IMG/VR virus record: IMGVR_UViG_3300036820_000013
Coordinates: 15,081-79,080 of that record
Reading direction: 5' to 3' (one strand)
DNA from: a virus
DNA length: 64,000 bases
Shown here: piece after piece, positions 36,128-45,623 of the stretch
Layout: the number at the start of each line of letters is the position of its first letter
Position numbering within the stretch: position 1 is the first letter of the stretch
Made by a program: the position numbers and the translations under genes
The notes under the pieces: generated by a model
What the model was told of the DNA's origin: nothing
Seen by the model: only the letters and a program-made list of their open reading frames with translations
The model's database searches: none

Positions 36128-36625
36128 CTACTGAACCACTAGCCCCGCCTCCCGCCAAGCTAGCGTCATGTCCATTTGGTAGGCTGCCCAGTTCCGCTGA
36201 TCACTATAGATTCGTCTCGGCTCTGTGTGTACGATTGCTTCGGTGCAACTAGCGGAGTTGTACTCAACGCCGTTCGAAACGATCGTCAGCACCCGACCGA
36301 ACACTCCAGGCAGCTTACTATAGGTAGCAGTCCAGATTCCCTGCAGCAAATCGTTGGCCTTAAACCAAGGTGGCTTATTAGATCCAGGCTTAGTCGCATA
36401 GGCCTTAACCTCGATCACTGGTTGCGAGATCGGCATATACTGCATAGGCGTGCCACCTACGACCAGCACCGTAATGAAACGGCCAATACCATCAGAATCC
36501 TGCGGCCAGTTTTGCTCAGCGGGCGGCTGCGTCGCTACCATATCGGTCGTGTATGTACCGAATGTGTCCGGGATGCTCGCAATCCAGGCCATAGCCACTA
36601 GCTCTGAGTTCGGATGGTTAGGCAT
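36128..36625 (-). CDS. Tail terminator-like protein
   Basis: ELVAMAWI...KPPWFKAN...EPRRI; position upstream of the major tail gene. Confidence 0.78.
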   Translation of the reverse strand: MPNHPNSELVAMAWIASIPDTFGTYTTDMVATQPPAEQNWPQDSDGIGRFITVLVVGGTPMQYMPISQPVIEVKAYATKPGSNKPPWFKANDLLQGIWTATYSKLPGVFGRVLTIVSNGVEYNSASCTEAIVHTEPRRIYSDQRNWAAYQMDMTLAWREAGLVVQ

Positions 36626-37095
36626 CAGTACATGCCCTTAAGCTTAGGGTGCTTCCGCTCCCAGGCAAGCAACCGACCAGGCGCTCCAGCAGCCCGACGA
36701 GCTATCCAGGCGTCAAGCGTTCGTGGCTGGCCAAGCCGCTGAATCCCAGGCGCGACTAGCGGCGGAGTGCCTTCAGGATCAGTTGGTGAACGATACTTAT
36801 ACAGCGCAGGTCGCAGGAACGGCTGTTCAATAACCATCTCCGGACCGACTTGGCCGGTGAAACGATGGTAGACACGGTGACCGAACTCGACATCGAGGGA
36901 ATACGGTGCGGTCGAGTAAACGATGAGCTTTTCCGTATCCGCGTAGTACTCAATGCCAGCCGCTAGGCGGCCAGAGCGCTTCGGAGCATAACGAATGGCA
37001 TCCGCGGTGATCAAGGGCCCGAGGCGCGTATCGAGAAGTTCCGCTACGCCAGCCTCTATGTGCCCGATCGCGTCGGGGTCCATATAGACCTTCAC
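36625..37095 (-). CDS. HK97 gp10-like neck protein
   Basis: APKRSGRLAAGI...YSLDVEFG...QPFLRPAL; GTG start with RBS agagga. Confidence 0.8.
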   Translation of the reverse strand: MKVYMDPDAIGHIEAGVAELLDTRLGPLITADAIRYAPKRSGRLAAGIEYYADTEKLIVYSTAPYSLDVEFGHRVYHRFTGQVGPEMVIEQPFLRPALYKYRSPTDPEGTPPLVAPGIQRLGQPRTLDAWIARRAAGAPGRLLAWERKHPKLKGMY

Positions 37096-37159
37096 TCGCC
37101 ACGTTCCTCTACAGTCAGTGGCACAATCCGGCTCCTGGTGTCTACCACCGTCAAACCTT

Positions 37160-37206
37160 CTTGCTCTTATCTTAAGTGTATAACAGACCACCTAGTAAAA
37201 GCTAGG
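37160..37206 (-). promoter_or_regulatory. Probable internal promoter for the tail genes
   Basis: AT-rich gap; minus-strand TACACT-TAAG-ATAAGAGCAAG resembles the other promoters; small palindrome cctag-taaaag-ctagg at 37191-37206. Confidence 0.45.
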
Positions 37207-37235
37207 CTCTCGCACTAAATACTGAACGATACTAA

Positions 37236-38312
37236 TCATTCTCCCTTCGGCGGTAGTCCTGCGATTAGTGCCCAAGCTACGAGGGCGCTATTGATCGTGG
37301 TGTAGTAACCGTACCGCTGATAGATCTTGTCTGCCTGAGCCGCGCTAGCCTTCGATGCGTCAGGCATCACAGGGTCAGATGCATTCCGAGCAGATATCAC
37401 CGGAACCTTGATAGCGGCTGCAGCTACCGCGACCGCGGCGTCGTCCATTTCGACAGCACGAATCAGCGGATCGTAGGCGCGGAGGCCGTAATGGTCGTCA
37501 GTAGTATCGAACGCGAAGAAGTCCGTAGACACTACATCGCCATACCAGAGCTGCGGCTTCGCAGCGCCTTCTAGCGCACCGCTACCGATCGGGTAGCCGG
37601 GGGTCGGAGCCAGGTTAGGCACCATATCGATAAACTGTCGCTGCTGCCCCGCAAGCGCCGCTGACGGCCACTCTTGTTGGCTGAACGGCTGCCCCTTCAG
37701 CTCACGCGTGAAGTCAGCATGGATCCAGAGTGACACATTGACGTCACCGAGTCGAGTCCCATTTCCAGCTCCGCCAGCGGTACCAGTCGTGATAATGTAG
37801 CGCACGCCGGCCTCTCGAGCTATCTGCTCGATCAGCTGCGCCGTGGGCAATGACGGTCCGTCAGTCGCAGGATGCAGCTCAGACTTGAGCACCACTACCT
37901 TGACCGGGCCGATCTTGACCGTTGCCCAAGAGCCTAGGCGGCCGGAAGCCTTCGCAGGAGACCGACCAGTCAGCTGCGGCACGTATGCAGCGTAGTTGGT
38001 CTTGTAGTACACCCACTCCGTCGACTGGATACCTGGAGTCAGAACATCAGCAAGAGCACGAGCCTCAGCTTCTGTCCAAGTGATAACGAGGACGTCAGAC
38101 TCCGGAATGGCGCTCGCGTTCTCCGGAGCCGCCGGACCCGAAGGTGCAAGACCTTCGGGCCAGGCGATCTGGGGAGCCGCTTGCCTACCAGGATCGTACA
38201 TGATGCGCGAGAGCGACGCATCTTGAGGCGGGAAGATGGCTTCCCAGATCGGATAGATGAACTGGTCGAATACCCAGTCAACTATCTCGCTTACCAGATT
38301 CATGTCAGACAA
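37236..38312 (-). CDS. Nucleoside phosphorylase / nucleosidase (PNP_UDP_1 superfamily)
   Basis: VLVITWTEAE, ITTGTAGG...LGDV, GDVVSTD, AVEMDDAAVA, SARNASD. Confidence 0.78.
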   Translation of the reverse strand: MSDMNLVSEIVDWVFDQFIYPIWEAIFPPQDASLSRIMYDPGRQAAPQIAWPEGLAPSGPAAPENASAIPESDVLVITWTEAEARALADVLTPGIQSTEWVYYKTNYAAYVPQLTGRSPAKASGRLGSWATVKIGPVKVVVLKSELHPATDGPSLPTAQLIEQIAREAGVRYIITTGTAGGAGNGTRLGDVNVSLWIHADFTRELKGQPFSQQEWPSAALAGQQRQFIDMVPNLAPTPGYPIGSGALEGAAKPQLWYGDVVSTDFFAFDTTDDHYGLRAYDPLIRAVEMDDAAVAVAAAAIKVPVISARNASDPVMPDASKASAAQADKIYQRYGYYTTINSALVAWALIAGLPPKGE

Positions 38313-39174
38313 CCATCTGCTTGTAGTCCACGTAGTGGCCCAGAAGGTCGAGGGTCGAGGCGTGCATCAGGTAGTCGCCGTCGAGGCCTGAAGCAGCGTT
38401 GAACTGCGCGCTCCACGAGTTGCGAATCTTGACGTAGGTGTTCGCGAGATCGATGGCGCCGAGCTTGGTCTGCGCCAGTTGGGCGATTGCACGCTGGCAC
38501 GTCTCATGCCCACCCGCGACGCCTGACTTGACTGCCGCCTCGAGAGCCTCCACTGACCCATCGCCATCGACGAAGCCTAGAGAGTCCGGCGTCATCCACG
38601 CGTTGAACCAGGGCGCGCCCTGAATCACTGTTCCCGACTGCAGAGCCAGAAGCGCACCCTGGATGTTCTGCGGAGCGATGTAGTCCTTGGCCAGACCGGA
38701 CTTAACCGCCTGCTCGCAGCACGCCTGGCCGGTCGAGCCACAGTCCGTAGGAGGCCACTCCTCTGACGGAACGCCAGTCTGGGCGGTATCGACATGGTAG
38801 AAGACGATCGCCCACTCCTCATTGGTCGCCGCCGAGTTCAGCGCTGAAGCTGGAGCCATGCGCCAGACCTTGCCACCGAAGCCGATCTCCAGCGTCTCGA
38901 GCGCCTTGCCTGCAGCCGCCGAGAGCTGCGCGATGTGCTCCGTCGACGCATTCGCCGTGCAGGAGCCCAGAGCGTCTACTGCAACGGCCCCTGGAATCAT
39001 CGCTCCGGTATTGATGTCCTGCTCGAGGAGGTCCTCCTGGTCTAGCACTGGGATCGGAATGTCCCAGCTGACCTCCTTCAGAACTTCGCTCGCATGGTAC
39101 AGAGCCCGATCCGGGTCCAGCTTCGCCGGAACGTGGATTCGGCCGAACTTGGTGGGAGTTGCGCCTTCGTACAT
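38305..39174 (-). CDS. Papain-like (C1) cysteine protease
   Basis: VLDQ...GSCTANA (Cys), GGHE (His), IRNSW (Asn). Confidence 0.85.
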   Translation of the reverse strand: MYEGATPTKFGRIHVPAKLDPDRALYHASEVLKEVSWDIPIPVLDQEDLLEQDINTGAMIPGAVAVDALGSCTANASTEHIAQLSAAAGKALETLEIGFGGKVWRMAPASALNSAATNEEWAIVFYHVDTAQTGVPSEEWPPTDCGSTGQACCEQAVKSGLAKDYIAPQNIQGALLALQSGTVIQGAPWFNAWMTPDSLGFVDGDGSVEALEAAVKSGVAGGHETCQRAIAQLAQTKLGAIDLANTYVKIRNSWSAQFNAASGLDGDYLMHASTLDLLGHYVDYKQMVV

Positions 39175-39197
39175 GATTTGTCCGCTTTCTCTAGTGC

Positions 39198-39311
39198 TTA
39201 CAGGAGGACGCCGTATGCCTGCTGGATCAGCCAGGCACCGAACAGGAGACCGAGACCGACGCCGAGAGCGACGCCTACCACGGTAACGAGAATGGCCTTG
39301 AGATCAACCAC
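39198..39311 (-). CDS. Small single-TM protein (37 aa)
   Basis: Manual translation MVDLKAILVTVVGVALGVGLGLLFGAWLIQQAYGVLL; RBS aaggag. Confidence 0.55.
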   Translation of the reverse strand: MVDLKAILVTVVGVALGVGLGLLFGAWLIQQAYGVLL

Positions 39312-39681
39312 AGCTAAACTCCTTCTTGAGAGACACGAAGTCCATGTATAGCTTGTAACTAGCTACACGTGACGGATTGGCCGCCGGATCTGCTGGATAG
39401 GCCACTGGAGTCAGTGTAAACAAGTCTACAGTCGCGCACCACCTCTTATCATCTTTCTGGACCGCCTGCGCCACGATACTGTCTGTGTTTTGCGTTGCAT
39501 GCGCTTGCGCTACTAGTAGGTACACGACTGCACCAAGCAGCGCTATCACGACTAGAGTCTCGATCCCGATCAAGATCCAGAATGTTTGCATGCCGCGGCG
39601 CGCACTATGAGCTAGCATGGCCTTGATCTTCTGATCCTCTAGCGGATCAGGCCGCGCAGGAGGCGGCAGGTTATCAGACAT
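39304..39681 (-). CDS. Membrane protein
   Basis: One TM helix, then a domain with two Cys (RWC...FSCG). Confidence 0.7.
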   Translation of the reverse strand: MSDNLPPPARPDPLEDQKIKAMLAHSARRGMQTFWILIGIETLVVIALLGAVVYLLVAQAHATQNTDSIVAQAVQKDDKRWCATVDLFTLTPVAYPADPAANPSRVASYKLYMDFVSLKKEFSCG

Positions 39682-40009
39682 GAGGCCTTCCTTCCAGGAG
39701 GGTCTGAATTCGATCGACCTTCTCGAGCAATTGCCCGATTGTCTGCCGGCCAGTAGCCATGTCCTTCAGCATACTGACCTGGCCCTGCAGGTCCGCGATC
39801 TTAGTAGCTTGCTCCTGGTTCTGGGACTGCAGTTCCTTAATTTGGTCCGCGTAAGCCGCTGCCCGCTCCTGCCAAGCATTAGCCGTACCCTGGTAGACCT
39901 GAATCAGCTGTGTATTCTTGGAGGTCTTGAACGCAAAGTATGCTCCCGCAGCGGTCGCTACCGCCAAAGCAATGCCTAGGACCGCTGTTAGAACATAGAC
40001 TGTATTCAC
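39674..40009 (-). CDS. Membrane-anchored coiled-coil protein
   Basis: N-terminal TM and coiled coil; GTG start with RBS ggag. Confidence 0.7.
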   Translation of the reverse strand: MNTVYVLTAVLGIALAVATAAGAYFAFKTSKNTQLIQVYQGTANAWQERAAAYADQIKELQSQNQEQATKIADLQGQVSMLKDMATGRQTIGQLLEKVDRIQTLLEGRPHV

Positions 40010-40020
40010 AGCTGCACTCC

Positions 40021-40395
40021 CTAGGCTTGCTCGGTAGTCGTTACTCGCTTCAAGGTCAAGACCAGATCCGGTGTAGCTCCCGCCACCCCCAGCTCCGTTA
40101 CCTGATAAATCTGCCAAGTCAAGTTCGTCTTCTCGTCAAGGATCTGATCCGAGTTGGTCACGTCAGTCCCTGACGGCAAGGTGCACGCGGCCATTCGAGT
40201 AGTAGCTGGCTCGGGCGTAGCAGGCTCGTAAACAGTAGACCCGAGGACGATCGGGCGAAGTGGGCTCATTGTGGGATAGCTGATGAACGCGATGATGCCG
40301 GTATAGACCGCTACCGGATCATCAATAATATCACCGAGACTGTCTGTCGTCGTCCCGCGAAGAATACTGACCGTCGTATTCGCGATCGCGTACAT
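40021..40395 (-). CDS. Head closure / head-tail connector protein
   Basis: TTVSILRGTTTDSLGD...GTDV...QILDE...YQV; follows the adaptor. Confidence 0.72.
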   Translation of the reverse strand: MYAIANTTVSILRGTTTDSLGDIIDDPVAVYTGIIAFISYPTMSPLRPIVLGSTVYEPATPEPATTRMAACTLPSGTDVTNSDQILDEKTNLTWQIYQVTELGVAGATPDLVLTLKRVTTTEQA

Positions 40396-40413
40396 GTGCA
40401 GCCTCCTCTCGGC

Positions 40414-40932
40414 CTAGTAGTCCGGGCCACCCGGCGCACCTCCATATCCAGAGATGGGACTCCATGGGAAGATCCACTCGCCGAAGTTGACACTGTTCGC
40501 TGCATACAGGTCCTCGAACGGCGACCTGACGTGCAGCGCACGGCTACGCAGCCACGAGACACGCGCTAGCGACTTGCGAGCTAGTGGCCCGATCATCAGA
40601 GCATTGCCGCTGTTCAGCTTGATCGGAGCACGCATAGTCTGGATCGAGTCTAGGTCAAGCCTCGTATACAGGTCAGGCTGTTGCGTCATCCAGACCGTCT
40701 GAAACACGACCGCGAGGTTCAGGTAGTACGAGTCCGTCGCGCCAACGTTCTCATACCAGTCATATGTAATCGTATTACCCGTACTAGGTTCCACCCAGCT
40801 GAACGAATACGGTCGACCGGTGAAAATGTCGATGATCGAGCCCGCTATCGTCACCTGAGCATCAGTCACAGTCTGACCGGTGATGTTCAAGACGTCTGCG
40901 GCGACCGCCCAGGTATTCGTGTCGTTGCCCAT
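40414..40932 (-). CDS. Head-to-tail adaptor
   Basis: WAVAADVLNITG...LAVVFQ...PLARKSLARVSW. Confidence 0.72.
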   Translation of the reverse strand: MGNDTNTWAVAADVLNITGQTVTDAQVTIAGSIIDIFTGRPYSFSWVEPSTGNTITYDWYENVGATDSYYLNLAVVFQTVWMTQQPDLYTRLDLDSIQTMRAPIKLNSGNALMIGPLARKSLARVSWLRSRALHVRSPFEDLYAANSVNFGEWIFPWSPISGYGGAPGGPDY

Positions 40933-43900
40933 TACTCTTCTTCTCCCTGCCTAGGCGGCTTACTCTGCTGAGCTTGCCGACGGGCAGCTCGCAGCTGATG
41001 ATGACGATCCGATCGCGTCCGCTTAGCTCGTAGCCAAGCCGAGAGGTGCTGTCCAGAAGGCTTATGCACGACCCTACCAGTCAGCTCAACACGAGGAACC
41101 GGTAGCACTCCGGTTAGCTCACCAATAGATTCGCAACCGAACATTTCATAGCGCGTCAGCATCATGTCCTGAACACCCAAGTAGATGCTCAGCACACCAA
41201 CGTGCGTGATAAGACCGTTCAACGAAACGTCAGCAACCGGCAGCGCAAGGACTAGCGGGCCGCTAATGATCGCCGGAACGTGCGCGACTAGCTCAGTGCT
41301 CGGCCCAGGCAAGACGATTGCAAAGGAACCCGTAATCGTCTGCTGAGCTGTCCCTGTCAAGCTCACCGACAAGGTCGGCAAGCTCACTTCGAACGATCCG
41401 CTCTCGCCTACACGAGCCTGCAACGAGGTCGTTAGCGACGGCAGCACAATCGCAAGCTCGCCCGCTTCAATCTGGTTCCGCTGCCCTGGAGGCAAGACAA
41501 TAACGAACGCCGCGGTAATAGTCTGAGGTAGGGTCCCAGCCAGCGAGGTCTGCGGAACCGGCAAGGTAATCGCAAAGGAGCCGAATACTGTGGTAATGCC
41601 AGTTAGGCTCGTCGTCGGAACCGGCAAAGCAATATTGAATGGTCCGCTCTCAGTATGTTGAGCAGCTCCTGCCAAGCTCGTCTTCAGCACCGGCAGCGTA
41701 ATCGCAAAGCTACCAAAGACCGTTGTCGATCCAGTAAGACTTGTTGACGGAACCGGCAAAGCAATATTGAACGGGCCGCTTTCAGTATGCTGCGCAGTCC
41801 CACTCAGACTCGTCGTCGGGACTGGCAAGGTAATCGCAAACGGCCCCGACTCGCCGCTACCGACACTTCCGGTTAGCTCCGTCGTCGGGACGGGCAGTAC
41901 AATATTGAAGCCGCCAAAGACTGTCGTCGACCCTATTAGGCTCGTCGTTGGAACCGGCAGTACAATATTGAAGCCGCCGAAAACGGTCGTTGCCCCCTGG
42001 AGCGCTGTCGTCAGGGTTGGCAAGGTAATCGCGAAGGACCCGAAGACCGTCGTCGCGCCTGCTAGGCTCGTAGACAGCGTTGGCAGCGTAATATTAAAGC
42101 CACCAAAAACTGTCGTTACGCCTGTCAGGCTCGTAGACAGTGTCGGCAGCGCAATCACAAAGGGGCCAAATACGGTCGTCGATCCCGCGAGGCTCGTCGT
42201 AAGCGTCGGCAAGGTAATATTGAAGCTGCCGAACACTGTCGTCGACCCAGCCAGCGTCGTGCGCAGTGTCGGCAAGGTAATGTTGAACGCGCCCGACTCG
42301 GTATGCTGCGCAGTACCTGCTAGGCTCGTCGTCAGGGTGGGCAGAACAATATTGAAGCTGCCAAAGACCGTTGTAGAACCCGTTAGGCTCGTCGTTAGAG
42401 TCGGCAATGTGATATTGAAGCTGCCAGACTCCGTATTAGTAGTCGAGGGTATCAAGCCAGGAGTAACTAGTCCAGGAATAGCTAGCCCAGGCCGCGCAGG
42501 CGAGTAGGCCAAAGCTGGGACCGCTGCTAGCGTTAGTGACTGCGTATCTGTATTACCGTGAGCGTCAGTGACCTCAACAGTAAACGTGCTAGCAGCGACA
42601 CTTGAAGGCGTCCCGGAGATGATGCCGGTCGAACTAGCCAAGCTCGCCCAACTCGGAAGCGAGCCACTAGAGACGCTCCAAGTATACGGCGACGTGCCAC
42701 TAGTCGCGCCTAGAGCTACAGCGTACGCTTCTCCTACACTAGCATTAGACAGGCTCGTTGTCTCAATAACCGGGGGCGTGCCACCGCTCGGCGCCAAGAT
42801 TTCGACAGCGACGGCCCCGTAGTCATCAACACTCTGCGTCCAGGTCAAGGTAACCGTGCCGCCGGTAGCCGCGGAGTCAGCTGCCGCAGCGTTGCCCGAA
42901 GCGGTCGAGGTGTCGCCAGTATAGGTCATACGCGAGGTTCCAGCGGTCCACGTAGTGCCGCCCGAGCCGTTACACAGTCCGGCCGCTACCAGGCCCGCAA
43001 CGTCTACTGTAGATACCGCAATACTACCGGAGGTCTCACTCTCTGCTTGAGCTGTAGCAGGCGTGCCAAACGCACTACCGCCAACGTACGACTCCGACCA
43101 TCCAATCAGCTTGTCGCTCGGCGTAACAGAGCACGTAGCGCTAACCGTGTTCGCTCCGCTAGCCGCGCCGGTGATACCATAACAGAAGATGCCGCCTGCA
43201 TCCACGCCGGAGGCACCCGATGCCTCCGACCCTAGTAGGGTCATAGGCGCGCCGCCGTAGGTTACCGTAGTAAAGTCGAAGGTGAACGCTGCATTAGTAG
43301 ACACGACCAGCCAAACAAGTACCGTCCCACCGCCAGTTCCAGCTGTATGCGTCCAGGTAATCGTAGCGGTAGTGCTAGTCTCCGGCGTGGAAGACGGACC
43401 TAGGGCATCGAACGTGACAGCATCAACAGGCATAAACGTCGCTACGACACCCGCATTGATCTCCGACGCGCTAATAGTGGCCGCTAGCGTCGGAGTACCT
43501 ACAGACGTCGCGATCTGATAAAAGCCAGTATTAGTATTGTTGCTTGTAAATACCGCGCTGTCGCCCGTAGTCCAACCAGATGTAATACTGGATAGTGTCT
43601 GCCCACTATTCGTCCAAGACAAGACTCCGTACCATAGCTCGGACGCTTGAGTCGTAGTATCCGGTGAGCCGCAATTCACTGCCGCTGACCCGGCCGAACT
43701 GTTTGCGCCTGCGGAACTATCTATTGGGCCGCTCTGCCAACCGGTAGAACTGTGCCACTCGTCAATCGTCCAGCCAAAGGAGTGCGAGCCAGTCCAACTC
43801 CACGTCCAGCTCGTCTCCCCTGCCATGCCTGACGTAACGATCAAGTAGTAGATCTGCGACTGCAAGTCCCCAGTGACGGTCTCGGCAGGCCCTGCCTGTA

Positions 43901-44063
43901 TCCATCCGCTAGGAACGGTCAAAGTTATATTAGTGCCTATCGTGACAGTGACTACCAACAGGTTACCTGTAGTAACACCACTGCCCAACGTCGCAGCGAA
44001 GCTGGCTGCTGTAGTACTCGTGGTAGTCATACTATCGTGCTGAACGCGCGTTAGCGTAGCCAT
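40932..44063 (-). CDS. Large Ser/Thr-rich virion appendage protein with Ig-like domain and about 20 tandem repeats
   Basis: Putative Ig domain (ETTSLSNASVGEAY...GTSPYTWSV..GSLP...GIISGTP...FTVEVTD) followed by 21-23 aa repeats. Confidence 0.75.
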   Translation of the reverse strand: MATLTRVQHDSMTTTSTTAASFAATLGSGVTTGNLLVVTVTIGTNITLTVPSGWIQAGPAETVTGDLQSQIYYLIVTSGMAGETSWTWSWTGSHSFGWTIDEWHSSTGWQSGPIDSSAGANSSAGSAAVNCGSPDTTTQASELWYGVLSWTNSGQTLSSITSGWTTGDSAVFTSNNTNTGFYQIATSVGTPTLAATISASEINAGVVATFMPVDAVTFDALGPSSTPETSTTATITWTHTAGTGGGTVLVWLVVSTNAAFTFDFTTVTYGGAPMTLLGSEASGASGVDAGGIFCYGITGAASGANTVSATCSVTPSDKLIGWSESYVGGSAFGTPATAQAESETSGSIAVSTVDVAGLVAAGLCNGSGGTTWTAGTSRMTYTGDTSTASGNAAAADSAATGGTVTLTWTQSVDDYGAVAVEILAPSGGTPPVIETTSLSNASVGEAYAVALGATSGTSPYTWSVSSGSLPSWASLASSTGIISGTPSSVAASTFTVEVTDAHGNTDTQSLTLAAVPALAYSPARPGLAIPGLVTPGLIPSTTNTESGSFNITLPTLTTSLTGSTTVFGSFNIVLPTLTTSLAGTAQHTESGAFNITLPTLRTTLAGSTTVFGSFNITLPTLTTSLAGSTTVFGPFVIALPTLSTSLTGVTTVFGGFNITLPTLSTSLAGATTVFGSFAITLPTLTTALQGATTVFGGFNIVLPVPTTSLIGSTTVFGGFNIVLPVPTTELTGSVGSGESGPFAITLPVPTTSLSGTAQHTESGPFNIALPVPSTSLTGSTTVFGSFAITLPVLKTSLAGAAQHTESGPFNIALPVPTTSLTGITTVFGSFAITLPVPQTSLAGTLPQTITAAFVIVLPPGQRNQIEAGELAIVLPSLTTSLQARVGESGSFEVSLPTLSVSLTGTAQQTITGSFAIVLPGPSTELVAHVPAIISGPLVLALPVADVSLNGLITHVGVLSIYLGVQDMMLTRYEMFGCESIGELTGVLPVPRVELTGRVVHKPSGQHLSAWLRAKRTRSDRHHQLRAARRQAQQSKPPRQGEEE
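41215..42432 (-). repeat. Coding tandem repeat (63-69 bp unit, [VF/ES]GxFxIxLPxxxTSLxG)
   Basis: About 19 imperfect copies counted in the translation; boundaries approximate. Confidence 0.85.
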
Positions 44064-44069
44064 AGTACG

Positions 44070-44660
44070 TCAGCCTGACAATCGATAACTGCCGGGCAGC
44101 AGTCCAGGGTCTGAGACAGCAGGAGCCTGAGCGGGGCCTATGACGCCTTGCGCGCGCAGTATCGCTATGTAACGGTGCAGAACCGCAGGACGAGGCTCAT
44201 AGACGTGGTGATGCGTTACCTGTCCATGTAGATGACAGACAGTTCCAAGGTGCTGCAACAGGTAGTCGTAAAACCGACGGTCAATACCATGCCAGTCAGG
44301 GCCAGCAAATTTGCTGACCGGCACCAATTGCTGCACTTCAGCGGAGAACTTAGTAACCCCAAATCCTCCAAGAGCCAATGCCGTATGCGGGGCCGGACCG
44401 ACCCAGTAGGCGTAACCACACCATAGCCAGCCGCAGCTCATAAGAGACGGCAGAGTATCGGAGTAGATCTCCTTGTCATGCTCAACAACAATCAGGTCCT
44501 CCCCGCCGCCCCAGCGCTTCTCCAGCTCAGCACCGTACGCCTGCGGCGATCCTGATGTAGTTACCCACTCAACCTCCAGTCCAGAGGCAGGAGCGAACCT
44601 CTTCAGGGATGTCTCAGTGCGAGGGTCCAGCTCATTGTATACGCACATGAGCCGCGTCAT
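44070..44660 (-). CDS. GT-A-like glycosyltransferase (paralog of 21671-22273)
   Basis: DLIVVEHDK, FGVTKFSA, WHGID, VTHHH. Confidence 0.6.
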   Translation of the reverse strand: MTRLMCVYNELDPRTETSLKRFAPASGLEVEWVTTSGSPQAYGAELEKRWGGGEDLIVVEHDKEIYSDTLPSLMSCGWLWCGYAYWVGPAPHTALALGGFGVTKFSAEVQQLVPVSKFAGPDWHGIDRRFYDYLLQHLGTVCHLHGQVTHHHVYEPRPAVLHRYIAILRAQGVIGPAQAPAVSDPGLLPGSYRLSG

Positions 44661-44661
44661 C

Positions 44662-45603
44662 TCAGGCCGCCCTGTAGATAACCGGAGCCGTAGCAACAAT
44701 AGTACTACTGGCCGACCCAAGTTTGCAAGTCAGAACAAGAGGGCCGCTGCCAGACACGGATACGGCGGTGTTGCTTGCCTGCCCATTAGTACCGGTATTG
44801 ACAGTAGATGCGTTGTTGGCAGTAGTTGTCAGGCTAGCACCCGTATACCACATGTTCAGGTTAGCCGTAATACTGGTAACGGCTCCGCCAGAGACAACCA
44901 AGAACGTCAGCGTGCCGTTCACGTCAAAGCTCGATCCGGCAGCCACTGTGGTAATCGTCGCTGCAGCATTAGCAGTCAAGGTAGGAGCTGACGCTATAGT
45001 TCCCGTAGCCAAATAGGCCAACAACGTACCAGGGCTGCTCGATGACACCCATCCCCACCGCAGCGCCCAGCTCATCCCACGAACAGCACTCGTCCCAGTC
45101 GGAGTAGTGAACGTGCCAAACGCGATGGCCTCGAAGGTAGCACCCGCTTCGATCTCTACCGCAGCCGGCGTATAGGTAGCAACGACAGTTTCAGTAGTCG
45201 TATTCACAGTCACTGGGCTAGTTACCGCATTAGACGCCTGCTTAAAGTTCCCAAGCGTAAACGGCCCAATCACTTGCTCCCAAGTCGCTCCGGCCGCATG
45301 CGTCGCCGTCGACCCATTCATTCCACGCTGCACCGACCAGCTAGTGCTACCTCCGCCGCCGACATAGACCAGCACTATCTCGTTGCTAGTATCAGCCGGA
45401 TCGCGTATGTAAAAATAGTTGTTCGGCGTAACCGAAGTGCTAGCTGTCTGAAACGATGTGTAGCCTGTGCTCATCGTCCAGGACTCAGTAGTACCTGCAG
45501 CTGGAGCGTCCGCAGTAGCACTACCTGCATAGCCATTCGTCCCGATAACGCAAGACGAGCAGTTACCGAAGACCTCTACACCGCTTGGGAACACAACGGC
45601 CAT
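44662..45603 (-). CDS. Ser/Thr-rich virion structural protein
   Basis: EIVLV...WSVQRGMNGSTATHAAGA motif; beta-rich. Confidence 0.65.
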   Translation of the reverse strand: MAVVFPSGVEVFGNCSSCVIGTNGYAGSATADAPAAGTTESWTMSTGYTSFQTASTSVTPNNYFYIRDPADTSNEIVLVYVGGGGSTSWSVQRGMNGSTATHAAGATWEQVIGPFTLGNFKQASNAVTSPVTVNTTTETVVATYTPAAVEIEAGATFEAIAFGTFTTPTGTSAVRGMSWALRWGWVSSSSPGTLLAYLATGTIASAPTLTANAAATITTVAAGSSFDVNGTLTFLVVSGGAVTSITANLNMWYTGASLTTTANNASTVNTGTNGQASNTAVSVSGSGPLVLTCKLGSASSTIVATAPVIYRAA

Positions 45604-45623
45604 GTCACCATGCTCCTAACGAG

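Noticed and set aside
37100-37160. Possible tRNA or riboswitch upstream of the HK97 gp10-like gene
   Set aside because: Only one 8-bp stem with G-U pairs; no cloverleaf, T-loop or recognisable aptamer consensus.
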